64,000 nt of DNA, taken from the NCBI GenBank assembly GCA_030649895.1, contig JAUSEX010000030.1, forward strand, positions 592 through 64,591. Direction: 5' to 3'. How positions within the stretch are numbered: position 1 is the first letter of the stretch; the number at the start of each line of letters is the position of its first letter. Source of the stretch: Candidatus Omnitrophota bacterium (GTDB taxonomy: Bacteria; Omnitrophota; Gorgyraeia; Gorgyraeales; Gorgyraeaceae). The position numbers and the translations under genes are program-made. Below, one piece after another: positions 10,274-20,174 of the stretch. The notes under the pieces were generated by a model. The model ran no database searches and had not been told where the DNA came from. It worked only from the letters and a program-made list of their open reading frames with translations.

Positions 10274-10468
10274 TCTCGCTTAAATATTAGCTATACTATA
10301 CCAGATATTATTAGACAATTCAACAATGTCAGTTTTCTGGTTGTGCGCTATTTGAATAGTCAGGCAACGCATTAAGCAACCGCCAGTCTTGGCAGAGGCT
10401 CCTTATAGCGTTATCTAACATTGAAAGTATTACAGCCGATCTTCTGGTTGTTATGGTATAATGTTTTC

Positions 10469-11350
10469 ATGTTTAAAGCCGGAAAAGTGGCTATTATTGG
10501 AAGGCCGAATGTCGGAAAGTCCACGCTTCTGAATGTCCTGGTAAAAGAAAAGGTCTGCATTGTATCTGAAAAGCCCGAGACAACCCGTGATAATATACAA
10601 GGCATTATATCAGACAAAGAGTTCCAGGTAGTATTCGTAGACACCCCTGGCATGCACAGGCCAAAAAACCTACTCGGAAAATTAATGGTGCGTAAGGCCC
10701 AGGCCTCTCTCACGGAAACAGATTTAAATCTTGTTCTTATAGACGCGCACAGCGGCATAACAAAAGAGGACATAGAAATATTCAATCTCATGCCGGTAAA
10801 ATTAAATATCCTTATCATAAATAAAATAGACGGGATTGACAGACGACATATTCTGCCTATTATTGAAAAAGCCCGCAAATTTAATTTTAAGGAAATACTG
10901 CCTATATCAGCTTTAAAAAAAGACGGCATAGACCTTGTATTTAAAAAAATACTGGAGTACCTTCCTGAAGGTTTTCCGTTTTTTCCGGATGACCAGCTAA
11001 CTGATAAAAGCGAAAGTTTTGTAGTGCAAGAACTTATCAGAGAGAAAACCCTGGAAATAACTTATCAGGAAGTTCCTCATTCCATAGCAGTTACCGTGGA
11101 GGAGTTTCAAGAAAAAAAGGATAGGAATAATAATGATATTATCTACATAAGGGCCACTATATATTGCGAAAAAGAAAGCCAAAAAGGCATTATTATAGGA
11201 GATGGCGGTAAAATGCTTAAAAGAATAGGCGAGGTTTCACGAAAAGATATAGAGAATTTCCTGCAGAAAAAAGTCTTCCTGGATTTATGGGTCAAGGTCT
11301 ACAAAAACTGGAGAAAAGACCCGTTCGCATTAAAAAATCTTGGGTATTAA
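10469..11350 (+). CDS. era: GTPase Era
   Basis: GRPNVGKS, TTR, DTPG, NKID, KH domain GIIIG.GG; likely start MFKAG. Confidence 0.95.
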   Translation: MFKAGKVAIIGRPNVGKSTLLNVLVKEKVCIVSEKPETTRDNIQGIISDKEFQVVFVDTPGMHRPKNLLGKLMVRKAQASLTETDLNLVLIDAHSGITKEDIEIFNLMPVKLNILIINKIDGIDRRHILPIIEKARKFNFKEILPISALKKDGIDLVFKKILEYLPEGFPFFPDDQLTDKSESFVVQELIREKTLEITYQEVPHSIAVTVEEFQEKKDRNNNDIIYIRATIYCEKESQKGIIIGDGGKMLKRIGEVSRKDIENFLQKKVFLDLWVKVYKNWRKDPFALKNLGY

Positions 11351-11352
11351 AA

Positions 11353-12066
11353 TTACAGACCTAGAAATTGAATGGCCAATCCGCAAAGCAATATGCTCCC
11401 GCCCGCTAACGCGTGAGTATAACGCTCAAGCTTTCCCATGGGTATAAACCTAATACCGAGAGCGGAAACCATTACTATAGTGGACATCGTGGCTATCGTT
11501 ACAAATCCGAAAATTGCCGTTACCCAGAAAACCCCTGTCATGCTATTTTTTGCCGCTGGGTACATAAGAAGAGGTATTAAGGGTTCACATGGCCCGAATA
11601 CAAATATAGTAAATAACACCCATGGCGTTATATTAGCTTTGGTCTCGCTCTCATGCACATGCGCATGTTCATCCGCATGAGAATGATCATGGGTATGCGT
11701 TGCGTGATCTATGTGGATATGCGGATGCGCGTGAGGCTTATTTTTCCATGCCCTATGCAAGCCCCAGACCAGGTATGTAAATCCGAATATAACCAATAAC
11801 CAGCCTGCAATATTCCCTCTAAACGATTCCAGCGCCTGTAATTTCATCACCTCGATCCCTAAAATAATACCGATAAAACCTAAGACAACGGAACTCATAA
11901 TATGCCCTATGCCGCATAAAAAAGTTACAACAGCTGTTTTCAGCATAGGCCATTTTCTCGCTTTCGCCATCACGATAAACGGCAGATAATGGTCTGGCCC
12001 GAAAATAGTATGCATAAAACCTATTGTAGCTGCGGTAACATATAAAGCTATAAATCCATTACCCAT
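11353..12066 (-). CDS. His-rich Ni/Co transporter-like membrane protein (RcnA/NicO/UreH-like)
   Basis: H..GPDH, GIGH, His-rich loop, GPCEPLIP. Confidence 0.75.
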   Translation of the reverse strand: MGNGFIALYVTAATIGFMHTIFGPDHYLPFIVMAKARKWPMLKTAVVTFLCGIGHIMSSVVLGFIGIILGIEVMKLQALESFRGNIAGWLLVIFGFTYLVWGLHRAWKNKPHAHPHIHIDHATHTHDHSHADEHAHVHESETKANITPWVLFTIFVFGPCEPLIPLLMYPAAKNSMTGVFWVTAIFGFVTIATMSTIVMVSALGIRFIPMGKLERYTHALAGGSILLCGLAIQFLGL

Positions 12067-12075
12067 AAAGACCTC

Positions 12076-12118
12076 GAACAGCCGGACGAATCAACATCGT
12101 TGACCTGTCCAGCTGTTC
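12076..12118. repeat. Imperfect palindrome, family with 56990-57026 and 10314-10343
   Basis: gaacagc-cggac..tcaac-atc-gttga..gtcc-a-gctgttc. Confidence 0.6.
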
Positions 12119-12121
12119 TGA

Positions 12122-15100
12122 TTATGCTAAATTAATGTCTATCCTTTTCACTTTCCTATCCCTTATATCTGACGCGTATGGCGAGCCGATAATACCTTGC
12201 TGGATATCAACTTTCCTTCCGTCATCGTATTCTATGGTCATAGAACATGCCCTCGCGGAAGATTTGCCTACAGTGTCTTTCATCATTGGATTATGATAAA
12301 CTATCAGGGTTTTGCCTAAAAATTTAAACGCGTATGTATTTTTTGGAAAGCCTTTGGCTGGCTTTCTTGTAAAAAGCCATGAGGGAAGCATAGGGTTGAA
12401 TCTTAAATTTAGTTTTCCTTTTTCATTTACAAAAAACGGCTCTTTCCCAGCGCTCATTAGTAACCATATATTTAACATCTCTGCCGTAGAGCCGCTCAGG
12501 CGCGCCACAAAACCCTTGCCGCGCATCTTCGCGTCAGGGAAAACGCTGGAAACTATAAAAGATGAATTTTCAAAGATGCTTCTTCCGTACCTCTCTGGCT
12601 TCTGAAACGGTATCAAGGCATTTTTAAAATCCTCAAAAAATTCTTCATAAAGGCCTTTCTTCAATATCTCCAGGAGATACTTGTACTCCATGTGAAGAAA
12701 GATCGATTCATTTTCCAGCCACCCTGGAGTGAATATGCTGGAACGGCCAATCTCTTTAGATACATCCCCAAGAGGTTCATTGATTTTATACATCTTCAGC
12801 TTGACGTCATATATTTTTGTTTTCTTAAGAGACTTATATAAGGCCTTTGCCTTTTCAGGATCGCCTTCCACTTTCAAGGCCCTGACAGGACCTTCTAAAA
12901 ATAAAGGCAGCCTTATGCTTTTAAATGCCGTCGGCTTTACCAGGCTCACGCCTTTTACAGGATCCACCCTGTTCAACGGTTCATATTTTGTAACTTCATT
13001 TATAAAATATGTGGTATATGCCCCTTTGGCCGGGTCATATGCCTTTTTAACCGCGCTGTCTATCTTAAAAAGAAAAATATCCATTATTTCTTTTAATTCT
13101 TTGGCGCTGAATGCCCTCTCTATTCCGCTAAACCCGGATTTTATCTTTTGCCTGTATTCTTCTTTAACAGAATTAGCTTCATCCCAGTAAAAGAAATCCG
13201 AACGCCTTTCTTTTATCAGGCTCTCTATATTTTTCAAAAGGTCGTAAAGCTCTTCGGGAAGGCTAAGTTTATAACTCTCGCCCAACCCAAGCTTATCGAT
13301 AGACTCCTGCATAAATACAACCTGGCGCTTTAATTCAAAAACCTCAGGGGTTGATGAACCGCACAACCCTGGTAAACCGTTCATTGAATCGCACCATCCT
13401 GGCTTATCAGCCTCCATCTCTATGCCAATGCCTGAAGCGTCTAAAGAAGCAATCTTGTTTCCTGCCAGGCACAGCATTTTAACAAGAAGTGTTGTCCTGT
13501 AAATCTCTTCGGTGTTCCTCCCTCTGACTACATGAGGCTCTCTTTCTCTTTTTCTTATAACGCCTTCTTTCCCGCTGTCTTTTTCCAGGGAATGATACTG
13601 CCTGACCACTCCCTCTCTTACCAAAAGATATCTCTCGGACCTTGGCTTCACGCAAAATGAATTATCATAGAACGTAAATTCTTTTTTATCCAGAAGTATT
13701 TCTTTTAATCTCTCGGGGTATACCTTTAAAAAACTTTCAACAAGGTCCAGATTATAAGTCCAGTGGTCTATCCAGAAACCTTCTCCGTGTTCCGCGTCAT
13801 ACATGGCTACGCAATTCCCGGAGAGCGCCTGTAAGAAATCATGCCAGCCTGTCTTAAGTTTTATACCCAGTCTTTCCATATCCATAAAGAGCCTGCCCGG
13901 GGTAAAACCGATAGATACAAGCGGCTTTATCCTGTCTATGTCTTTTTCCTCCACCTTTCCACTGAGGCTATCCTTTAAATGCACGCCCTCTTTTAACGCA
14001 AACCTCAGGCCCTTTAAAATCAGCGGATTGTAGCCGTCTGCCTGCTGAAGGCCATAAAAATACAGTATATTAAAATCTTTTATCTCCGGGTTAAAGAATA
14101 CATCGTTCCTGCGATTCTGGTTAGTATCTCTGAAATTTCCGTCCCCTTGTGAAAAATAATTCGGCTCCAGCAGAAACCTATTATAGTCCCTTTCCAGATC
14201 TCCATGCTTCCTAGAATAAACATAAAATACGCGAGAATAATGGTTAGAACAGACTATAGGAAAGCCTCCCCTTAGGACATTGTCCAGAAATACCTGGCCG
14301 CAGTACCTGTCGTATTTTTCATCGGAACTGGCGGTGAAGATATTGTCCTCCAGGCCCTTTATAAGATTTTTATTTTCTTCCCTTTTAGCGATAAAGAAAA
14401 CCTCGTCTCTTAACCCTCGCATAGACGCATTCAGATCTTCTTTTGAACTCATATGGCCTACCAGAGAGTATAATTTAAACTCTTTCCCTGGTTTTAATTC
14501 AACCGATGCGCACGCCATTGCGCAGGGAAGCTTATTCTGCGCCATCTGCCGCCTGGAAAAACCGCATCCTTTCGCTTTTACAAAATTTACAGGATACGTG
14601 AAGTCAGTAATCTGGCCGAATATTATCTCTGGGTCTACAATAACAGGAAGCGCTTCGCATTTTGCCTTGCCTTGCGAAGAAGACGCAATGTAAAAATTTC
14701 CCTCTTTTATAAAGACCACCTCTGAGACATCCTTCGGGTCAACTTTGAGTCTGTAGAAAGGCGCGTTCTTTTCCAGGTTTTCAACCAGCATCCACGCCTC
14801 TATAGTGCGCCTCATTTTCTGCAGGAAAAAATTTGCCGTACCGTAAGGTATGATAAGCGGCGTCCCGTCCAGCATATCTAAAGACACGTTCTTTTTGGAT
14901 ATATTTTTGATCGTTACGATCCTGGCAAGGCCCGCGAAAGGCTCGTTAGGTATAGTAAAATATTCCACTCCTATCTGAAGCCCGAGTTCCGGGTTTGTCT
15001 CCTGTATCCTTAACTCGTGAGAACCAATGATCATCTTTTGCCCGGTTGAATGAAATCTATGCTGCGAATGAGGCTGAAAAGGCTCATAAAATATAGGGCT

Positions 15101-15373
15101 TTTTTTATTCTTTATTTTAATGAAGGTGCGAAAACCCTGGAGAGTGGCAAGCTGATAAGCCCTGTTTGCCGGTAGAAATTCCATCATAGAGCTGTCTTTG
15201 CCTTTTACTCCAAAACTGCAGATACCCTGGCCCCTATTGACATAGAACACCCACATTGGTATGCCGAAAAGTCCTGCTATGCCTGGTAAAAAATTAGAAA
15301 AAGCCCCTGCCTCGTGATAATTTTCTATCACAAATTCGTTATCCGGATTAATATAATACTTTACTTTGTCCAT
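12122..15373 (-). CDS. GH161-like beta-1,3-glucan phosphorylase
   Basis: NFLPGIAG..GIPMWVFYVNRGQG, YSRKHGDLERDYN, SQGDGNFRD.NQNRR, GWLENES, ARLSGST; no signal peptide. Confidence 0.75.
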   Translation of the reverse strand: MDKVKYYINPDNEFVIENYHEAGAFSNFLPGIAGLFGIPMWVFYVNRGQGICSFGVKGKDSSMMEFLPANRAYQLATLQGFRTFIKIKNKKSPIFYEPFQPHSQHRFHSTGQKMIIGSHELRIQETNPELGLQIGVEYFTIPNEPFAGLARIVTIKNISKKNVSLDMLDGTPLIIPYGTANFFLQKMRRTIEAWMLVENLEKNAPFYRLKVDPKDVSEVVFIKEGNFYIASSSQGKAKCEALPVIVDPEIIFGQITDFTYPVNFVKAKGCGFSRRQMAQNKLPCAMACASVELKPGKEFKLYSLVGHMSSKEDLNASMRGLRDEVFFIAKREENKNLIKGLEDNIFTASSDEKYDRYCGQVFLDNVLRGGFPIVCSNHYSRVFYVYSRKHGDLERDYNRFLLEPNYFSQGDGNFRDTNQNRRNDVFFNPEIKDFNILYFYGLQQADGYNPLILKGLRFALKEGVHLKDSLSGKVEEKDIDRIKPLVSIGFTPGRLFMDMERLGIKLKTGWHDFLQALSGNCVAMYDAEHGEGFWIDHWTYNLDLVESFLKVYPERLKEILLDKKEFTFYDNSFCVKPRSERYLLVREGVVRQYHSLEKDSGKEGVIRKREREPHVVRGRNTEEIYRTTLLVKMLCLAGNKIASLDASGIGIEMEADKPGWCDSMNGLPGLCGSSTPEVFELKRQVVFMQESIDKLGLGESYKLSLPEELYDLLKNIESLIKERRSDFFYWDEANSVKEEYRQKIKSGFSGIERAFSAKELKEIMDIFLFKIDSAVKKAYDPAKGAYTTYFINEVTKYEPLNRVDPVKGVSLVKPTAFKSIRLPLFLEGPVRALKVEGDPEKAKALYKSLKKTKIYDVKLKMYKINEPLGDVSKEIGRSSIFTPGWLENESIFLHMEYKYLLEILKKGLYEEFFEDFKNALIPFQKPERYGRSIFENSSFIVSSVFPDAKMRGKGFVARLSGSTAEMLNIWLLMSAGKEPFFVNEKGKLNLRFNPMLPSWLFTRKPAKGFPKNTYAFKFLGKTLIVYHNPMMKDTVGKSSARACSMTIEYDDGRKVDIQQGIIGSPYASDIRDRKVKRIDINLA

Positions 15374-15387
15374 GTTTGATAATTCTA

Positions 15388-16578
15388 TCAGAAGGAAGAA
15401 AACCTGGCAAGTAAATTAAGAAGCTGGTTTTCTTTTGTAAAATTAGGCGTTTTCCAGGATTCCGTTATTTCCTTTTTATGGCCTTTCCATAAGGCGTAGA
15501 AATTTTCAAAGCCATACACGGGCCCCTGGCGATTAATCCAGGCAGGATTTGCCAGATACCTATAAATTCCGTCCGGAAACACGCTATTGCCTATAGCCTT
15601 ATATGTCCAGTATGTCCAGTGAAAACCGAATTCCTTAAAACATTTTAAGGTATCCTTTACCCAACCCAGCTCTCCGTAACATCCGGGGCATCTGGAATTT
15701 ACGCCAAACTCCCCTGCAAAAATCGGAACATTCCATTTCCTGGAATAACTATAATAGCCTTCCAGCCTTTTCCTTATCCTGTTTATATCCCAGTATTCCC
15801 CCATTATGTTGCCGGGGTACTTGAGGCCTTTGTGAAGATTAAAAGTAAACTCCAGCGGATGGTAAAAATGAACGCTATAGGACAGGTTATCCGCGAAAGG
15901 CTCTCCTATATGCTCCAGGACCTGGGACCATATGTTGCCTTCCAAAAATATTATATGATTTTTATCTATGTCTCTTATACGTTTTACGGCTTTTATATAA
16001 AAATTGCGCAATATCTTTCCTGCATCCGCGCTCTTTATGACAGGTTCGTTCAAAATATCATATCCTGCAACTGCGGATTCAGCATTGAATTCATCCGCCA
16101 GTATTTCCCACAGCCTGAAAAACCTTTCCTGATTTTTTTTACTCGCCCACAGCTCCGCTTTCCCTTCGCTATCCGCATGCCAGTCCTCATTCTGCGAGCC
16201 AGGAGCAGCGTGCATATCTAAAATGCAGTGAATATCATATTTTTTGCACAGTTTTACAGCGTTTTTCAGGATAGTCAACCCATTTTTTTCTTCCAGCAAC
16301 CTGTAATTAAAAGGAAGTCTGACGCAGTTAAAACCCGAGGAAGAGATATCCTTGAAATCCGACTCTTGTATGAAATTATTCCTGTAAAGCTCCGCGAATC
16401 TGTCTAATTCTTTTTGGCCCCAACGTTTTTTAAACTCTCTTTTAAAAATCCTCTCGGGTATATTCCTTCCCTGAAGGATATACCCCTCCATCATAAGCCA
16501 CCCGCCAAGATTCGCGCCATGGAGGAAAATCTGCCTGCCTTCAGAATTTATGATATTTGCGTCTTTTATGGTTAGCAT
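15388..16578 (-). CDS. Glycoside hydrolase family 5
   Basis: G.NLGGWLMMEGY, VRLPF, LDMHAAPG.Q, catalytic NEP and GEFG, WTYWTYK. Confidence 0.88.
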   Translation of the reverse strand: MLTIKDANIINSEGRQIFLHGANLGGWLMMEGYILQGRNIPERIFKREFKKRWGQKELDRFAELYRNNFIQESDFKDISSSGFNCVRLPFNYRLLEEKNGLTILKNAVKLCKKYDIHCILDMHAAPGSQNEDWHADSEGKAELWASKKNQERFFRLWEILADEFNAESAVAGYDILNEPVIKSADAGKILRNFYIKAVKRIRDIDKNHIIFLEGNIWSQVLEHIGEPFADNLSYSVHFYHPLEFTFNLHKGLKYPGNIMGEYWDINRIRKRLEGYYSYSRKWNVPIFAGEFGVNSRCPGCYGELGWVKDTLKCFKEFGFHWTYWTYKAIGNSVFPDGIYRYLANPAWINRQGPVYGFENFYALWKGHKKEITESWKTPNFTKENQLLNLLARFSSF

Positions 16579-16623
16579 CTGAAAAGTATCTAAAGGGACG
16601 GTTTTTTAACATACCTAAACTTC

Positions 16624-16670
16624 TCGACCTCGCAGGAATCCAGCTTTTGGCTGGCCACCTACGAGGTCGA
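16624..16670. repeat. REP-like palindrome (CACCTACG.GGT family)
   Basis: tcgacctcgcagg...cctacgaggtcga; core shared with 50306-50351. Confidence 0.6.
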
Positions 16671-16684
16671 TTTAAAAAAGCAGT

Positions 16685-16768
16685 TTAAGCTCGTGCCCGG
16701 GAGCTAAGACTGCAGCCCTCTTTACAATGAGCCACAGGCCTTAACATATAATGAACAGTGACTTTCAT
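16685..16768 (-). CDS. 27-aa small peptide MKVTVHYMLRPVAHCKEGCSLSSRARA
   Basis: Not in ORF track; GGGAGG SD 4 nt upstream, supplied by element copy C. Confidence 0.5.
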   Translation of the reverse strand: MKVTVHYMLRPVAHCKEGCSLSSRARA

Positions 16769-16772
16769 AATG

Positions 16773-16901
16773 CCTCCCAAATTTTGCGAAGCCCGGATCT
16801 TTTGACGAGTCTTCGCAGTGCGTCCGCCTTAAAAAAGGGCGGGACGAAACAAGCTTTGATCCCGAACCACTCGTATACTCCGGTATATGCGGCAAAGGAC
16901 C
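16773..16901 (-). promoter_or_regulatory. Structured SD element, copy C (with ~58 nt insert in the second stem)
   Basis: GGTCC-TTT-GCCGC..GTGGT-TCG-GGATC-AAAGCTTG..[insert]..CAAAATTT-GGGAGG; begins immediately after the ogg stop. Confidence 0.7.
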
Positions 16902-17531
16902 TCACTTAAATATAAACCCTGTCTCCTTGGACCAGAACAAAAGGTCCAGCTCGTCCATGGGTATCTTTATTTTATCACAAAAATCCTTTAATTTACTTTC
17001 TATCCTGAGATATTCTTTTTTAGTCAGGGATTTTGGTATTTCTTTTATCACGCCGTAAGCCTTTAAATTTTTCAGCACATGCACGTCCAGTATTGCCAGG
17101 TTTTTCCCGAATCCTATATTCCTTAAAAAATGGCTAGCCTCTTTATAGCCTATGCCCTTTATATTTTCAACAAACCATTCCCTGGTCTTTAATATATCTT
17201 TTCCGTCTATATGATCCTTTATCCGTAAACAGCCGTTCTTTTTAAACAAATCCCTGGCACTTACAATAAACTCCGCCTTCTTATTCAGGAATCTTGCAGC
17301 CTTCAGGTGCGGGCTTATAGCTTTTGGATGGCCGTCAAAAAGAAGGCCTGTCTTTTTTAACTCTTTTATGGCCTTATCGCACTCCACTGCCTCTGCCTGA
17401 GGAGTCAACAAACAAAAACAAAGCTCTGAAAAAACGTGTTTATCGTCTTTTTTGTAACTACACTCGAAATCTCTGAGTCTATTTTTAATTAACTCTTTAT
17501 TTTTCTTATAATGTTTCTTTAATTCTTTCAT
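16902..17531 (-). CDS. ogg: 8-oxoguanine N-glycosylase/DNA lyase
   Basis: ELCFCLLT, IKGIGYKEASHFLRNIG, AILDVH. Confidence 0.9.
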   Translation of the reverse strand: MKELKKHYKKNKELIKNRLRDFECSYKKDDKHVFSELCFCLLTPQAEAVECDKAIKELKKTGLLFDGHPKAISPHLKAARFLNKKAEFIVSARDLFKKNGCLRIKDHIDGKDILKTREWFVENIKGIGYKEASHFLRNIGFGKNLAILDVHVLKNLKAYGVIKEIPKSLTKKEYLRIESKLKDFCDKIKIPMDELDLLFWSKETGFIFK

Positions 17532-17761
17532 ATCCCAAGGGCTTTTGATATAGCGTCTTTATCGAAACCCACTATTATCTGGCCGTCTATATTCAAGACA
17601 GGCACTCCCATCTGGTCCGAGAGATCCACCATCTCTTGACTGGCCTTGCGATCTATGCCCACGTCTATATTTTCGAACTGTATATTATTTTTCTTTAAAA
17701 ATTCTTTAGTCATCGCGCAATAAGAGCAGGTGGAAGTGGAATATACTTTAACCTTAGGCAT
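17528..17761 (-). CDS. Glutaredoxin/NrdH-like redoxin
   Basis: CSYC, GVPV, IVGFD. Confidence 0.9.
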   Translation of the reverse strand: MPKVKVYSTSTCSYCAMTKEFLKKNNIQFENIDVGIDRKASQEMVDLSDQMGVPVLNIDGQIIVGFDKDAISKALGI

Positions 17762-17771
17762 AACGCGCCTC

Positions 17772-18341
17772 CTATTTTGATAATGCTAGTCCCGCTCCCA
17801 GACTAAAAGCCTTTTTCAAATAGCCAGGATGACCAAGTATATCGCCTTTGGCCTCTACAGCCGGACAAAAAAGTTCATATTTGTAATTCACGTTAATGGT
17901 TGCAAAAAAATTCCTGGCTACTTTCTTGGAGTCTTCAAAAAAATCTTTACGCTTAGATCCTTCCACGGAAATAAACGCCCCTGGCATTTTTTTATAGCCG
18001 TTATCTTTTTTCAATATATATTTAGCACGCCACGCGCACTGAAACCTGTCTATCATCATTTTTGACTGGGCGCTGAGGCTCCCGAAGAATACAGGCGAAG
18101 CAAGCACAATAGCGTCAGCCTCTTTTATTTTTTTATACACCGCCTGCATATCGTCATTCACCAGGCATCCGCCGTCATCAGCCATTTTTTCACACTCCTG
18201 GCATGGTACAAATTTCAATTTATTAAGGATGATCTTTTCCGTATCAGCGCCCTTGCTCCCGGCTCCCTGTAAAACCTTATCCAGGAGCAGGTCTATATTG
18301 CCTTCGATTCTAGGGCTGGCGTTTATGCCTAAGATTCTCAT
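17772..18341 (-). CDS. Iron-sulfur flavoprotein / NADPH-dependent FMN reductase family
   Basis: SPR..GN, PCQECEK..GC...DDM, ASPVFFG, K.MIDR; start at MRILG after GGAGG. Confidence 0.85.
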   Translation of the reverse strand: MRILGINASPRIEGNIDLLLDKVLQGAGSKGADTEKIILNKLKFVPCQECEKMADDGGCLVNDDMQAVYKKIKEADAIVLASPVFFGSLSAQSKMMIDRFQCAWRAKYILKKDNGYKKMPGAFISVEGSKRKDFFEDSKKVARNFFATINVNYKYELFCPAVEAKGDILGHPGYLKKAFSLGAGLALSK

Positions 18342-18377
18342 ATTAAGCGCCTCCGCCGCGCATAAAAACATCTCAAC

Positions 18378-18950
18378 CTAATAATTCTCCGCTATTACTT
18401 CGTAATACGCTTTAGGGTGCGCGCACGCAGGGCATTTATCGGGCGCTTCATTGCCTTCATGAATATAACCGCAATTGCGGCATCTCCATTTTACCGCCTT
18501 GTCTTTCTTAAAAACTGTTTTATCTTTCACGTTCTTCCAGAGTTTTCTGTATCTTGCCTCGTGCCCTGCCTCAACCTCTGCAATTTCTTTAAATTGATCC
18601 GCTGCTTCTATCAGCCCCTCTTTGCTGGCAATAGCTTCAAAATCTTTATATATCCTTGTCCATTCCATATTCTCGCCGTCAGCAGCCGCTTTAAGATTAT
18701 CCAGGGTAGCCCCGATGACGCCTGCGGGATAAGAAGCCACGATTTCCACGTCTCCGCCTTCTAGTAATCTGAAGAATCTCTTTGCGTGCTCTTTTTCATT
18801 GTCAGCTGTATCTAAAAATATAGCTGATATCTGCTCATAGCCTTCTTTTTTCGCCGCGCCGGCAAAATATGTATAGCGGTTCCTCGCCTGAGATTCCCCT
18901 GCGAACGCCGCCAAGAGGTTTTTTTCCGTCTGGCTTCCTTTCATCTTCAT
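18378..18950 (-). CDS. rbr: Rubrerythrin
   Basis: AFAGESQARNRY, EKEHA, E..H, CRNCG...CPAC.HP. Confidence 0.95.
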   Translation of the reverse strand: MKMKGSQTEKNLLAAFAGESQARNRYTYFAGAAKKEGYEQISAIFLDTADNEKEHAKRFFRLLEGGDVEIVASYPAGVIGATLDNLKAAADGENMEWTRIYKDFEAIASKEGLIEAADQFKEIAEVEAGHEARYRKLWKNVKDKTVFKKDKAVKWRCRNCGYIHEGNEAPDKCPACAHPKAYYEVIAENY

Positions 18951-20113
18951 TTTACCGCCTCCTTTATTTTATTTTTTAGCTCAATCAACTCTTTATCGTC
19001 AGGCACCCACTGTATTTTCAGCCCTTTGACCGGTAATTCAAATTTAGCCGCATCAAGGATATTTTCTATATCGCCTACGCTCTGGCCGCCCCAACCGTAA
19101 GATCCGAATGCCAGGCCCACCCTGTTTTTAGGGGCAAGGCCTTTCATATAAGTCATGAATGCGGAAACCGTGGAAAGCATCCCGTTATTTAAAGTTGGAG
19201 ATCCGACGCATATATATTTCGCGTCAAGTATAGACGTCATTACATTCGATATGTGGCTTGACTGCAGATTTCTTATTTCGCACGGTATATTTTTTTCTTC
19301 AAAGACGTCCTTTATCGCGTGCGCCATTTGTTCCGTGCTATGCCACATCGTATCATATACCACCACAGCCTTCTTTTCGCACTCATTATTGGCCCATTTT
19401 TTATAAAGCGCTGTTATATCCTTTATATGGCTTCGCCAGATAAGGCCGTGGCTCGGCGCAATCATATCCACAGCCAGCCCTGAGACAGCCTCTAACGCTT
19501 TGTTCACCTGGGCGCCATAAGGTAAAACTATATTGGCGTAATATTTCGCAGCTTCTACCCTAGCTTTATCCCATCCGTATTCGTCGTCAAACCTTTCGTT
19601 GGACGCAATGTGCTGGCCAAAAGCGTCATTCGGCAAAAGCAGCTTTTCCTCCGGGATATAAGTAGCCATCGAGTCAGGCCAATGCACCATCTGCATCAAT
19701 ACAAAATTCAGATTCCTCCCGCCTATATTAATCGAATCGCCGGTATTCACTACCTTGAAATTCAGATTTTTCTTAAAATGCTTTTTCAGGCCTTTCTCGC
19801 CGTTCGGAGAGCACACTATAGCGGCGTCCTTCGCTATATCCGCCATATCCAGTATGCTTCCTGAATGGTCCATTTCTGTATGATTTGAAATAATATAATC
19901 TATCTTAGCGGGGTCTATAACGCTCTTTATCCTGTCCAGCATTTCGTTGAACATATAATGCTTAACAGTATCCACAAGCACGATTTTCCGGTCTACAATT
20001 AAATAGGCGTTGTATGTGGAGCCAAGTTCAGTGGAATATCCATGGAAATTCCTCAGGTCCCAGTCAATAGCGCCTACCCAGTATACGCCTTTTTTAATCT
20101 CTAAAGGCTTCAT
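18947..20113 (-). CDS. fprA: Flavodiiron protein (O2/NO reductase)
   Basis: G.TYNAY, NHTEMDHSG, HWPD, DAFGQH, PSHG, flavodoxin domain FGSYGW. Confidence 0.93.
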   Translation of the reverse strand: MKPLEIKKGVYWVGAIDWDLRNFHGYSTELGSTYNAYLIVDRKIVLVDTVKHYMFNEMLDRIKSVIDPAKIDYIISNHTEMDHSGSILDMADIAKDAAIVCSPNGEKGLKKHFKKNLNFKVVNTGDSINIGGRNLNFVLMQMVHWPDSMATYIPEEKLLLPNDAFGQHIASNERFDDEYGWDKARVEAAKYYANIVLPYGAQVNKALEAVSGLAVDMIAPSHGLIWRSHIKDITALYKKWANNECEKKAVVVYDTMWHSTEQMAHAIKDVFEEKNIPCEIRNLQSSHISNVMTSILDAKYICVGSPTLNNGMLSTVSAFMTYMKGLAPKNRVGLAFGSYGWGGQSVGDIENILDAAKFELPVKGLKIQWVPDDKELIELKNKIKEAVK

Positions 20114-20132
20114 ATTTATCTCTCTAACCATC

Positions 20133-20174
20133 TTACGCTTCGTAAGTGCAAGAGATTACACTTACGAAGCGTAA
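20133..20174. repeat. Palindrome of the CTTCGTAA(G/A)TG..CACTTACGAAG family, copy 1
   Basis: 19-bp arms with one mismatch; contains the Hrb stop codon; related copy at 31268-31318. Confidence 0.75.

Noticed and set aside
14653-14679. Short hairpin within the GH161-like gene (cttcgca..tgcgaag)
   Set aside because: Only 7-bp arms; could be chance without an ortholog alignment
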